A stretch of DNA of 40,302 bases from a virus: IMG/VR virus record IMGVR_UViG_3300045988_096387, positions 1-40,302 of that record; one strand, written 5' to 3'. This document shows positions 16,048 to 23,174 of this stretch, in pieces. The notes under the pieces are model-generated. The model saw only the letters and a program-made list of their open reading frames with translations, was not told where the DNA came from and did no database searches. How positions within the stretch are numbered: the first letter of the stretch is position 1; every line of letters begins with the position of its first letter. The position numbers were made by a program, and so were the translations under genes.

Positions 16048-16297
16048 ATGCCGTTTCGCCATGCTTCACAGTACGTTCACAGTATAGCCGCAATCCCTTG
16101 CCATTCCTCAAATCATGTTACAATTCCGTTACAGTTTCCCACTCCACCACAAAACACCAATTCACGCAAAATTGCCATAAAAAACGTTATATATCAACGC
16201 TCTTAGCCGCTTTCTGAGGTTGCTTATTTTCGCTTTTGTTGTGGCGGATTTGCGTGCGGTTCGACACAGAATCTACACACTTGACGCCGTTTGTTTG
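16048..16297. other. Candidate attP region (non-coding, adjacent to the 3' end of the integrase gene)
   Basis: 250 bp without a credible ORF. Short direct repeats: GTTCACAGTA twice (16072..16094) and GTTACA twice (about 16117..16135). The position next to int is the usual attP location. Confidence 0.35.
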
Positions 16298-17416
16298 TTA
16301 AGATCTTTCCCCCGCCGCTTTCGCTCTGGAAAGATGTTCGTTGACCTGCCGCACGCTGTTGCTCCGATGGTTCTTGCGCAGGTTGATATAGACCTTTTCC
16401 ATGACCGCCACGCTATCCCCCAGCCACTCCGCCGCCGTCCGGGCATCCACCCCGGCCTCGTAGCAGATTGTCGCAAAGGTGTGCCGGAAGCAGTGGGGGG
16501 AGACTTGCGTTTTTTCCTTCTGCTTCCCGTTGTCGGCGGTGATTGTATCCATCAAACCGGCATCCCGGCAATATTGCTTCCAGTATTTGGCAAGCTCATA
16601 CGCAGTCAGATACTTTCCGGTGTCCGGGGACGGAAACACATAGCCGATCTGGTTCCGTGGCAGCATCCGCGCCAGCTCGTCAAAGATGGGGACATCCCGC
16701 CTGCCGTTCTCGGATTTCATGTGATCCTCCAGCAAGGGCACATTGGTGTTGTCATAGTTCAGCTTTTTGCACACATGAATCACACCGGCTTTGCGGTCGA
16801 TGTCTCGCCATGTCAGCGCCAACGCCTCACCCCGGCGTAAACCGGTGTACATGAGGAAATACCCCAGCAGCCACCACTCGCCCCGTTTCTCTCTGGCCGT
16901 GGCTTCTACCTTCGCTTCCTGTTCTTCCGTTAGCGCCGTTCTGACCCGGTGCTTCAAGCCCTTTGACTTGCGGACTTCCGCCGCCGGATTGATGGCAAGC
17001 CCGCTTTCCGTTCTGCGGTTGATGGCCGACCGGAAGATCAGCTTCAAAACGGAGATCTCAAGCTGCACCGTGTCCCGGGAATAGTCTTTCTTCTCAAACT
17101 GCCGGATATAGGCCACGATTTCCTCCGGCGTGATCTCCGCGATCCGCTCCGGCCCGAACCTTGCCACCAGCCGCCGCATGGTGTTTCCGTAGTTGCGGTA
17201 GGTCGCATGGGCAACTTCCGTTTCGATTTCCCGATACCAGTTGTCCGCCGCTTTGGTAAAGGTCCATCCCTTTTCGGCTTCGTCCCGGTATTCCAGGATC
17301 TTCCGATCTACCTCTCGGCAGGTTCTGCCCCGGAACGCCTTCCGTTTTCCGTTCACCGTCCGAATGGCCTCAAATAGCCCGTCCGGTCTTTTGTAATACT
17401 TCTCCTTTTTCGCCAT
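16298..17416 (-). CDS. int: Tyrosine site-specific integrase
   Basis: 372-aa ORF with catalytic signature elements YTGLRRGEALAL (Arg), HCFRHTFAT (H-x-x-R) and VMEKVYINL (Tyr). N-terminal SAM-like domain. Confidence 0.9.
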   Translation of the reverse strand: MAKKEKYYKRPDGLFEAIRTVNGKRKAFRGRTCREVDRKILEYRDEAEKGWTFTKAADNWYREIETEVAHATYRNYGNTMRRLVARFGPERIAEITPEEIVAYIRQFEKKDYSRDTVQLEISVLKLIFRSAINRRTESGLAINPAAEVRKSKGLKHRVRTALTEEQEAKVEATAREKRGEWWLLGYFLMYTGLRRGEALALTWRDIDRKAGVIHVCKKLNYDNTNVPLLEDHMKSENGRRDVPIFDELARMLPRNQIGYVFPSPDTGKYLTAYELAKYWKQYCRDAGLMDTITADNGKQKEKTQVSPHCFRHTFATICYEAGVDARTAAEWLGDSVAVMEKVYINLRKNHRSNSVRQVNEHLSRAKAAGERS

Positions 17417-17540
17417 TTTTCCTTTCCTCCTGTTGCATCGCCAGGGGGATCGTGCTATACTGTGATTGATCCTCCTTTGGCTTTGTCGTGATTGCGATTG
17501 GTGGGTTTGCCGTCTGAGTGTTCCAGCACTCAGGCGGCTT

Positions 17541-17894
17541 TTATTCTATGTAACGGATCACGCCCCAGTCTCCGTGGGCAGAATCCAGATAGAGCAGCAG
17601 CGTAAACACCATAAAAAACACAAGGATTCCGAAAAGTATCCGCTTCTCCCTTTGCTGCTGGCGAATCAATCGCCGCAGATCGTCGATGTGTGCGGCGTAA
17701 ATGCCTTTATCGTCGGCTTGCTCGCTGTTCCGCAGCACCTCCAGAATCTTTTCGGCTACATCGTCCGGCGGCTTCACCGTGCCGGAAATGTAGCGGGATA
17801 CCATGCTTTCCGATACATTGCACTGCTCACCAATTTCCCGCAGGGTCAGCGGGCTTTTCATGCGCATTGCCCGTGCTTTTTCCGAAAAATTCAC
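17541..17894 (-). CDS. Membrane-anchored XRE-family HTH protein
   Basis: GTG 17894 behind GGAGGGG gives MNFSEKARAMRMKSPLTLREIGEQCNVSESMVSRYISG, a typical XRE N-terminus. C-terminal TM segment ILFGILVFFMVFTLLLYL. The alternative ATG 17978 would add 28 aa. Confidence 0.6.
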   Translation of the reverse strand: MNFSEKARAMRMKSPLTLREIGEQCNVSESMVSRYISGTVKPPDDVAEKILEVLRNSEQADDKGIYAAHIDDLRRLIRQQQREKRILFGILVFFMVFTLLLYLDSAHGDWGVIRYIE

Positions 17895-17994
17895 CGTTTC
17901 CCCTCCTTGCAAGTTTTTTGCAAGAGAAATCCGCCATTTGAATTGGACTTTCTTGCTAAATGGGTCTATCGTTCTCATAGGCCCACTCCCCTTT

Positions 17995-18021
17995 CCCCGG
18001 TCCCGCTTCGGCGGGCCGGGG
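17995..18021 (+). other. GC-rich hairpin with UUCG loop between the repressor gene and the XRE-TM gene
   Basis: CCCCGG(T)CCCGC-TTCG-GCGGGCCGGGG followed by TTTC on the plus strand. Confidence 0.4.
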
Positions 18022-18044
18022 TTTCAAATAGAAAGGAGCATCCC

Positions 18045-18185
18045 ATGACAGACCTTGAAATCCTGTTGGCATTGCGTTCCCTGTCCCCGGAAAAGCAGGC
18101 GCTTGCTATTCAAGCCCTGCAAGAGCTTCTATTATCGCAACGATCCGCGCCCGGTTCTCCGGAGAAAGATTGTGGATCATCATAA
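18045..18185 (+). CDS. Possible 46-aa ORF convergently overlapping the 3' end of the repressor gene
   Basis: ATG 18045 lies 6 nt after AAAGGAG. The peptide MTDLEILLALRSLSPEKQALAIQALQELLL resembles C-terminal tails of XRE repressors. It overlaps 18106..18435 by 80 nt, so it may be spurious. Confidence 0.25.
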   Translation: MTDLEILLALRSLSPEKQALAIQALQELLLSQRSAPGSPEKDCGSS

Positions 18186-18435
18186 GGAGCTTTTTATCCT
18201 CTTCGCTCAACTCGTCCCCATTCGTGGGGGCGGGCTGTTTTTCGTCTATCAGATATGAAGGCTGCACGTCAAACAGCTTTGCCATTGCTTTTATCTTAGA
18301 TGTTGGTATATCGTCGACCCGGCCGCACTCCCATTTGCTTACAGCATTGGTTTTTACCCCCAGCTTTTCGCCTAATTCCGTTTGTGTCAAGCCGAGGGCT
18401 TTCCGGTGCAGCCGGATCTTGTCCCCTATTGTCAT
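18106..18435 (-). CDS. CI-like XRE-family repressor
   Basis: 109-aa ORF. IGDKIRLHRKALGLTQTELGEKLGVKTNAVSKWECG is a canonical HTH_3 motif. It is divergent from the Cro-like gene across an operator-rich AT-rich spacer. Confidence 0.8.
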   Translation of the reverse strand: MTIGDKIRLHRKALGLTQTELGEKLGVKTNAVSKWECGRVDDIPTSKIKAMAKLFDVQPSYLIDEKQPAPTNGDELSEEDKKLLMMIHNLSPENRARIVAIIEALAGLE

Positions 18436-18465
18436 CGCTTCTTATCCTTTCCGTTTGTTATCTTA

Positions 18466-18493
18466 ATAATACCATATTTTTTTAAAAAGTCAA
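18466..18493 (-). promoter_or_regulatory. Repressor-gene promoter (TTGACT, 16-nt spacer, TGGTATTAT extended -10)
   Basis: Minus-strand read: TTGACT ttttaaaaaaata TGG TATTAT, upstream of the GGAAAGGA RBS of 18106..18435. Confidence 0.55.
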
Positions 18494-18500
18494 TAAAAAT

Positions 18501-18555
18501 ATCTTGACAAGATGAAATAAATGAGTATAATGAAATTATCTTGAAAAGATGAATT
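18501..18555 (+). promoter_or_regulatory. Early rightward promoter (TTGACA/TATAAT) with two palindromic operators
   Basis: TTGACA at 18504..18509 and TATAAT at 18526..18531. O1 ATCTTGACAAGAT (18501..18513) overlaps the -35. O2 ATCTTGAAAAGAT lies at 18538..18550. Confidence 0.7.
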
Positions 18556-18567
18556 GAGGTGACAAAA

Positions 18568-18774
18568 ATGAACGCAAATATGTTGAAGGGACGCCTCCGC
18601 GAAAAAGCCATGACACAAGCCGACCTTGCCCCTCAAGTTGGCCTGAGCCTGTCCAGATTCAACGCTAAGTTAAACGAAACTGGCGGTGCTGAGTTTTCTC
18701 TTGGCGAAGTCCGAGCGATCAAGCGCGTTTTGGATCTGGACCAGGAGCAGACGGAGCAAATTTTTTTCTCCTGA
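18568..18774 (+). CDS. Cro-like small HTH protein
   Basis: ATG 18568 behind GAGGTG. The segment MTQADLAPQVGLSLSRFNAKLNE is HTH-like. First gene of the rightward transcript. Confidence 0.65.
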   Translation: MNANMLKGRLREKAMTQADLAPQVGLSLSRFNAKLNETGGAEFSLGEVRAIKRVLDLDQEQTEQIFFS

Positions 18775-18796
18775 AATTATCTTGAAAAGGTGAATT
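18772..18796 (+). repeat. Second copy of a 25-bp sequence containing a third operator-like half-palindrome
   Basis: tgaaattatcttgaaaagGtgaatt versus 18531..18555 tgaaattatcttgaaaagAtgaatt (24/25 identical). The two copies bracket the Cro-like gene. Confidence 0.8.
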
Positions 18797-19484
18797 ACCA
18801 GCACTTAGAGCAAGCCGTATACCCCCGGCTTTTGGCGTTGTCCAGTGAGATGGGGATACAGCTCTTGCGCAAATACTGGCAACCGCTCCGGTGGTACTTG
18901 CTGCCTGTATTGGTGATATACACCGTCACAGACTGCGGCTCCGAGATTTCCGGGGTGCTTATCCCATTGGACGAACTGCTTGAACTGCTGGCCGTGGATG
19001 CTGCCGACTTAGCTGACGCTTTCCCTTCCGATAAGCCCTTTGAATACCCGGAATTGTATCCAGCCTTCTGCCCATCATCGTAGCCATCGTTATACCCGTC
19101 ATTGTAATCATCGTAAGAATTGGCCTGGCTGTATAGGCATTTAACGCATATATACGAGCTATCATCCAATTCGACAAGATTCTCAATGCTTTTTCGTTCC
19201 TCGCACTGAACGCAGTATTGCGTATCCTTTTCTGCGCAGCCTTCGCAATACCCATCAGCGCCGCCATCATCCGGATCATATCCCCGTTTGCAATCTAAGC
19301 AAATTTGATACCCTCGTTTTTCAAAACAGGTGGCGCACACATGTTCACCGCTCGCCAAGTCGATCCATCTGGTCACAGAATCCCAGCATTCGCAGCAATC
19401 GACCCGTTCCGCATTGAGAGAGCTGCACCCTGTCAAAACAAGCAACGCAGCAAACCCAGCCAGCAACTTTTTAATCTTCTTCAT
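18795..19484 (-). CDS. Cys-rich secreted lipoprotein (moron; superinfection-exclusion candidate)
   Basis: 229-aa ORF with an AGGAGGGA RBS. Signal peptide with lipobox LVLTGC. Multiple CxxC pairs, a DDYNDGYNDGYDDG repeat and a poly-Ser linker. C-terminal SKYHRSGCQYL...GYTACSKC motif. Oriented against the early operon. Confidence 0.75.
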   Translation of the reverse strand: MKKIKKLLAGFAALLVLTGCSSLNAERVDCCECWDSVTRWIDLASGEHVCATCFEKRGYQICLDCKRGYDPDDGGADGYCEGCAEKDTQYCVQCEERKSIENLVELDDSSYICVKCLYSQANSYDDYNDGYNDGYDDGQKAGYNSGYSKGLSEGKASAKSAASTASSSSSSSNGISTPEISEPQSVTVYITNTGSKYHRSGCQYLRKSCIPISLDNAKSRGYTACSKCW

Positions 19485-19503
19485 CCAAATCCCTCCTGAG
19501 GTG

Positions 19504-19722
19504 TTATTTATGCAAAATTCTCAAAATGGCCTCACCAATGCCGGAAAGGTGCTCCACGAGGATACCCAGAATGAACGTTATAAGCGGTACAAGCACCTGT
19601 GCTATCGCAATCTTCTTCTGAAATCGGCGCTCACGTTCCTTCTCGGCATCCTGTTTAGCGCGTTCCTTGGCGGCTCGATCCGCCGCTAACTTCTTTGCGT
19701 ATTCTTCAAATTCCCTCTGCAC
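19504..19722 (-). CDS. Small membrane protein co-oriented with the lipoprotein gene (start uncertain)
   Basis: The track ORF starts at TTG 19746, but a promoter-like -10 overlaps that codon. GTG 19722 lies behind AAGGGGGGA. Lys/Glu/Arg-rich N-terminal half, then TM segment IAIAQVLVPLITFILGILV. Confidence 0.45.
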   Translation of the reverse strand: MQREFEEYAKKLAADRAAKERAKQDAEKERERRFQKKIAIAQVLVPLITFILGILVEHLSGIGEAILRILHK

Positions 19723-19745
19723 CGCATATTCCCCCCTTACCCCCA

Positions 19746-19774
19746 AACATACACCAATTCACACTAACTTGCAA
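19746..19774 (-). promoter_or_regulatory. Candidate promoter of the lipoprotein cassette (TTGCAA, 17-nt spacer, TATGTT)
   Basis: Minus-strand read: TTGCAA gttagtgtgaattggtg TATGTT. Confidence 0.35.
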
Positions 19775-19794
19775 TCACGAAAAGGAGAATCAAC

Positions 19795-20388
19795 ATGAAA
19801 GAACTGAAAGTAAAACTCACCTTCACCGAACCCATCCTCGGCACGTCCCCCGCCAACCCGGAAATCTACCGGGAGTTTATCGGCTCTAAGTCCCCCGATG
19901 CCGCCACCGTGGAAGAGGAAGTCTCCGCGCTGGGCGCTGATGCCGTGGCCGAAAAGGCCATGACAGTGTTCCCCCGGATGGAGGACGGCACCCCGTTCCT
20001 GTATGACTACCAGATCAAAGGCTTTTTCAAGGACACCTGCGGCGGTCTCCGCAAGGTCAAAGGCACCGCCAGCGAGAAGATCAAGGCGTACAAGAAGGAA
20101 ATCGACAAGCTGATCTTCCCGGAGCCTCGCGTGATCCCGTTGGAGTTTGACGGCCCGATTGGTGAGTGCCAGCGCCCCCTGAGAGCGCAGACGGCCCAGG
20201 GCGAGCGCATCAGCCTTGCCATGAGTGAAGAGATCCCCGCCGGGGCTACCTGCGAGTTCCGGGTGGTCTGCCTCTGCGACGATCATGAGAAGGCCGTCCA
20301 GGAATGGCTGGACTATGGCCGCTTCTCCGGCATCGGCCAGTGGCGCAACAGTGGAAAAGGCCGGTTCACCTGGGAGGAACTCCAGTAA
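19795..20388 (+). CDS. Hypothetical early protein with a RAMP-like C-terminal glycine-rich loop
   Basis: 197-aa ORF with an AAAGGAGAA RBS. The N-terminal strand KVKLTFTEPILGTSP and the C-terminal GRFSGIGQWRNSGKGRFTW fit the G-h-G-x5-G-x-G pattern. Family not recognised. Confidence 0.5.
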   Translation: MKELKVKLTFTEPILGTSPANPEIYREFIGSKSPDAATVEEEVSALGADAVAEKAMTVFPRMEDGTPFLYDYQIKGFFKDTCGGLRKVKGTASEKIKAYKKEIDKLIFPEPRVIPLEFDGPIGECQRPLRAQTAQGERISLAMSEEIPAGATCEFRVVCLCDDHEKAVQEWLDYGRFSGIGQWRNSGKGRFTWEELQ

Positions 20389-20835
20389 CGTAGCGGAATG
20401 GCAACGCGGAGCAATGTGACGCCACGGCATAGCATTGCATCGAGGCGCTACGGAAGGGCCGCGAATCGTTCAGCAATGCGACGGCAAAGTGGAGAAACGC
20501 TTAGCATAGGCGATGCACAGAGATGCAAGGCAATGCAATGGAATGGTTCAGAACGGTACAGAATCGCAGCGGAATGGCGTAGCACAGCAATGCTTGACGT
20601 AGCAACGGAAATGCAGTGATTTTCTATGCAAAGGCAACGCACAGAGAAGCAATTCAGCGCAAAGCCAAGGAAGAGAAATGCAAAGAAAAGCGTAGGAAAT
20701 GCAACGGAATAGCTCGGCTCGGCGAGGCCACGGCATGGCATAGATAGGCTCGGCAGTGCGGCGACTTAGGTTAGCTACGCATCGCAAGCCGCAGCAGCAA
20801 TCGCAATCACGACAAAACCAAAAAAGGAGGCCCCT
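20389..20835 (+). repeat. Purine-rich non-coding region of degenerate short repeats (candidate origin/iterons or ncRNA)
   Basis: 27-nt units at 20389..20415 and 20565..20591 are 21/27 identical. AGCAATG(n)TGACG occurs 3 times, CCACGGCAT(A/G)GCAT twice, GCACAGAGA twice and GCTCGGC 3 times. No RBS-supported ORF. Confidence 0.6.
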
Positions 20836-21036
20836 ATGGAACATCCCGCATATCGAGACAATCTTGAACAGATTTTGACCTTTTCCCATGGCCGCAACCT
20901 CTTGAACATCAAAGAGGTTCTGGCCTTCACCGGCCTGAAGGACTACCGGGCCATTCACCGGCGTTTCACGTTCATTGACGGCTATATCTCCGCCGCCACG
21001 CTGGCCCGCCAGCTTTGCGGAGGTGTCAGGAAATGA
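20836..21036 (+). CDS. Small putative HTH DNA-binding protein (excisionase-like size)
   Basis: 66-aa ORF with an AAAAGGAGG RBS. The segment LLNIKEVLAFTGLKDYRAIHR resembles MerR/AlpA-type HTHs. Confidence 0.4.
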   Translation: MEHPAYRDNLEQILTFSHGRNLLNIKEVLAFTGLKDYRAIHRRFTFIDGYISAATLARQLCGGVRK

Positions 21037-21245
21037 GCAAGCTCAACCTCTGCGGCTTCAAACCGGACCCAAAGCCGCCCGCGCCGCCGGAGCTGGGCGC
21101 ACGGTGCAGTTTCCGCCTTTGCCTGGGCGACGCTGAGCATCCCAACCGCGCCGGCACCGTTTCCTACATCAACATTCCGCACCGCTGGTTTCTGGTCACC
21201 TTCGACGGCGGCCTGCGCCAGTGCTATCACTTCGGGGAGGCTTAA
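21033..21245 (+). CDS. Hypothetical protein (70 aa)
   Basis: ATGA-coupled start at 21033. Confidence 0.45.
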   Translation: MSKLNLCGFKPDPKPPAPPELGARCSFRLCLGDAEHPNRAGTVSYINIPHRWFLVTFDGGLRQCYHFGEA

Positions 21246-21249
21246 CTAT

Positions 21250-21360
21250 ATGGATACAACAACGTTCATTTTCGTGCTGATCGGCGTGGCCACCGCCGCC
21301 GCGTGGCCTCTGCGGATCGTAGATCTTATCGAGAGGGGGAACCGCCATGAAACGCGCTAA
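21250..21360 (+). CDS. Small membrane peptide (36 aa; below the track cutoff)
   Basis: ATG 21250 behind GGGGAGG. Hand translation: MDTTTFIFVLIGVATAAAWPLRIVDLIERGNRHETR. Confidence 0.4.
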   Translation: MDTTTFIFVLIGVATAAAWPLRIVDLIERGNRHETR

Positions 21361-21475
21361 CCGCACACGGGAAGAGCGCCGCCGGGACCGGGCCGACTTC
21401 TCCGCCTGGATCTCCTTCGGCTGCTTCCTCGGCTTCCTGCTCATGGTGCTGGCCCACATGCTGGGCGTGGTCTGA
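21347..21475 (+). CDS. Small membrane peptide (42 aa; below the track cutoff)
   Basis: ATG 21347 behind GAGAGGGGGAA. Hand translation: MKRANRTREERRRDRADFSAWISFGCFLGFLLMVLAHMLGVV. Its stop is TGATG-coupled to the next gene. Confidence 0.4.
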   Translation: MKRANRTREERRRDRADFSAWISFGCFLGFLLMVLAHMLGVV

Positions 21476-21666
21476 TGCGCAGACGCCGTGGCCGGATGGC
21501 AGAATTACCGCCCTGCCCCCGGTGCCACATGTACGGCGGTAAACGGATGGTAGCCCCCGGAAAGGAGGACCTGTTTTTCGTCCTCTGCGATTCCTGCGGC
21601 TACCGCACGAAAAAATATACGGACATCGCCCACGCGGTCCGTGTCTGGAGGGAAGCCCAACTATGA
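21475..21666 (+). CDS. Lar-family (restriction-alleviation-like) zinc-ribbon protein, copy 1
   Basis: 63-aa ORF with LPPCPRCH ... CDSCGYRT ... AVRVWREA, which fits the Lar pattern PCPFCG...C..CG...WN.R. The start could instead be ATG 21496. Confidence 0.5.
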   Translation: MRRRRGRMAELPPCPRCHMYGGKRMVAPGKEDLFFVLCDSCGYRTKKYTDIAHAVRVWREAQL

Positions 21667-21887
21667 CCAGAAAAACCTATCCCATCTGCCACTTCTGCGA
21701 ACATCCCCTGAACCCCAATGCGGAGGACGATTGCGACCGCGTGTTCGTCCTGCCCAATGGGGAGCTGTGCTGCCCGCCCTGCTTTAAAGATTACCTACTG
21801 AACGAGCTGGATAAAAATATGGACCTGTTTGCCGATGCCCTCGGTATCCCGGTCCTGTATACGGAGGGACCCCATGCTGACATTTGA
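21663..21887 (+). CDS. Small Cys-rich protein
   Basis: 74-aa ORF with CHFCEH ... CCPPC. Confidence 0.45.
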   Translation: MTRKTYPICHFCEHPLNPNAEDDCDRVFVLPNGELCCPPCFKDYLLNELDKNMDLFADALGIPVLYTEGPHADI

Positions 21888-22458
21888 CGAGGCCACCCAC
21901 ACCTACACCCTTGACGGTATCCAGCTGCCCAGCGTCACCGAAGTCACCCGCTTCTGCGCCTATGACTACAAGTCAGACCGGCCATGGCTGGCAGAGGCCG
22001 CCGCCCGACGTGGAACCGCCGTCCACGAAGCCTGCGCCCTCATCGACTACGGCGAGGACCCGGAGGAAACACCGGAGATCGCCGGATACCTGAAGGCCTA
22101 CCGCCGGTTTCTCAAGGACTGGAAGCCGGAATGGAAACTGATTGAATGTCCCATAGCGGACCGGAATATGAAAATGGCCGGAACGATGGATCGCTTTGGC
22201 ATCATCCATAATGCCCCCGCCATTCTGGACATTAAAACCGGCCAGCTCCATGACGCCGCCCTCTCCGCCCAACTCACCGCCTACAAGATGATTTTCTCGT
22301 GGGACCCGCGCTGCGGTTACGGGAAAATTCAATCGCTCTATGCCTTGAAACTCTCTAAGGATGGCACTTATGAGCTTCGCCATGTAGAACCAAATTCAAA
22401 TTTGGTAAACGCCTGCCGCACCCTCCATAAAGCCACAGAAAGGAAGAAACGCACATGA
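21874..22458 (+). CDS. PD-(D/E)xK (RecB/Cas4-like) exonuclease
   Basis: Start trimmed to MLTFDEATHTYTLDG. Motifs: H-x-Y ... LPSVT, GTAVHE, MDRFG...ILDIKTGQ (D ... D/E-x-K), QLTAYK. Confidence 0.7.
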   Translation: MLTFDEATHTYTLDGIQLPSVTEVTRFCAYDYKSDRPWLAEAAARRGTAVHEACALIDYGEDPEETPEIAGYLKAYRRFLKDWKPEWKLIECPIADRNMKMAGTMDRFGIIHNAPAILDIKTGQLHDAALSAQLTAYKMIFSWDPRCGYGKIQSLYALKLSKDGTYELRHVEPNSNLVNACRTLHKATERKKRT

Positions 22459-23174
22459 ATGAACTGACCCTTTACAATTATGACGCCGCCCCGCTGACGG
22501 TTTCCCCCATCCCCCGCACCGGGAACTATTCCATTGCCGTCTGCGGCGGCGTCCCCGCAACCCTCCGCCGGGGTGTGGACTTCGGCATGATCCGCAAGAA
22601 GAACGGCGAGGCCATGAGCAAGACCCCCACCCTCTTTAAGTCCGGCGCGGAAAAGGTGGCCGTGGCATACGGCCTTTGCCAGCGCTACACCCTGGAAAGC
22701 AAGCTGGAGGATATCGAGCACGGCTTTTTCTATTTCCTCGTCCGCTGTGACCTTATCAAGATCTATGACGGCAAGGAATATGTCATCACTTCCGCCTACG
22801 GCTCCGGCAACACCCGGGAGGGCCGCACCGGCTCCCAGTCTCCCTATGACGGCGCTAACAACGCGGTCAAGATGGCCCAGAAGCGCGCCCTTGTCTCCGC
22901 TGCCCTGTCTCTCGGCTGCGTCTCCGATATGTTCACCCAGGACATTGAGAGCGACACCGAGGACGGCAGCGCCTACATGACCAACAAGGACCCCAACGCC
23001 CCCATTACCGCCGCGCAGGTCAAATTTTTCTATTCTGCTTGTTCCCGCCACGGCCTGACGAAGCAGGAGGCGAAAACCCTCTTGAAGGCCCACGGCTATG
23101 ACAGCGCCAGCAAGGTCCTCAGCAAGGACTTTGATGCCCTGCTGGACGCTCTGGAGCCGAAGGAGGATGCCTGA
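22455..23174 (+). CDS. Putative single-strand annealing / recombination protein
   Basis: 239-aa ORF between the exonuclease and SSB genes. The segment NNAVKMAQKRALVSAALSLGCVSDMFTQD resembles the conserved helix of Rad52/Sak-type annealases (from memory). Confidence 0.45.
   Translation: MNELTLYNYDAAPLTVSPIPRTGNYSIAVCGGVPATLRRGVDFGMIRKKNGEAMSKTPTLFKSGAEKVAVAYGLCQRYTLESKLEDIEHGFFYFLVRCDLIKIYDGKEYVITSAYGSGNTREGRTGSQSPYDGANNAVKMAQKRALVSAALSLGCVSDMFTQDIESDTEDGSAYMTNKDPNAPITAAQVKFFYSACSRHGLTKQEAKTLLKAHGYDSASKVLSKDFDALLDALEPKEDA

Noticed and set aside
19759-20430. 223-aa minus-strand ORF antisense to the 197-aa early gene.
   Set aside because: It has no RBS. It overlaps a plus-strand gene with a strong RBS and coherent composition, and its translation is Ala/Gly/Leu/Arg-rich antisense-type sequence.
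20398-20619. 73-aa ORF in the repeat region.
   Set aside because: There is no RBS. The Arg-rich composition merely mirrors the purine-rich repeats. The ORF boundaries coincide with repeat units.
20389-20835. Possible CRISPR array or mini-array.
   Set aside because: The repeats are degenerate (about 78 percent identity for the best pair), irregularly spaced (176 bp for the best pair) and interleaved with other word repeats. There is no repeat-spacer periodicity.
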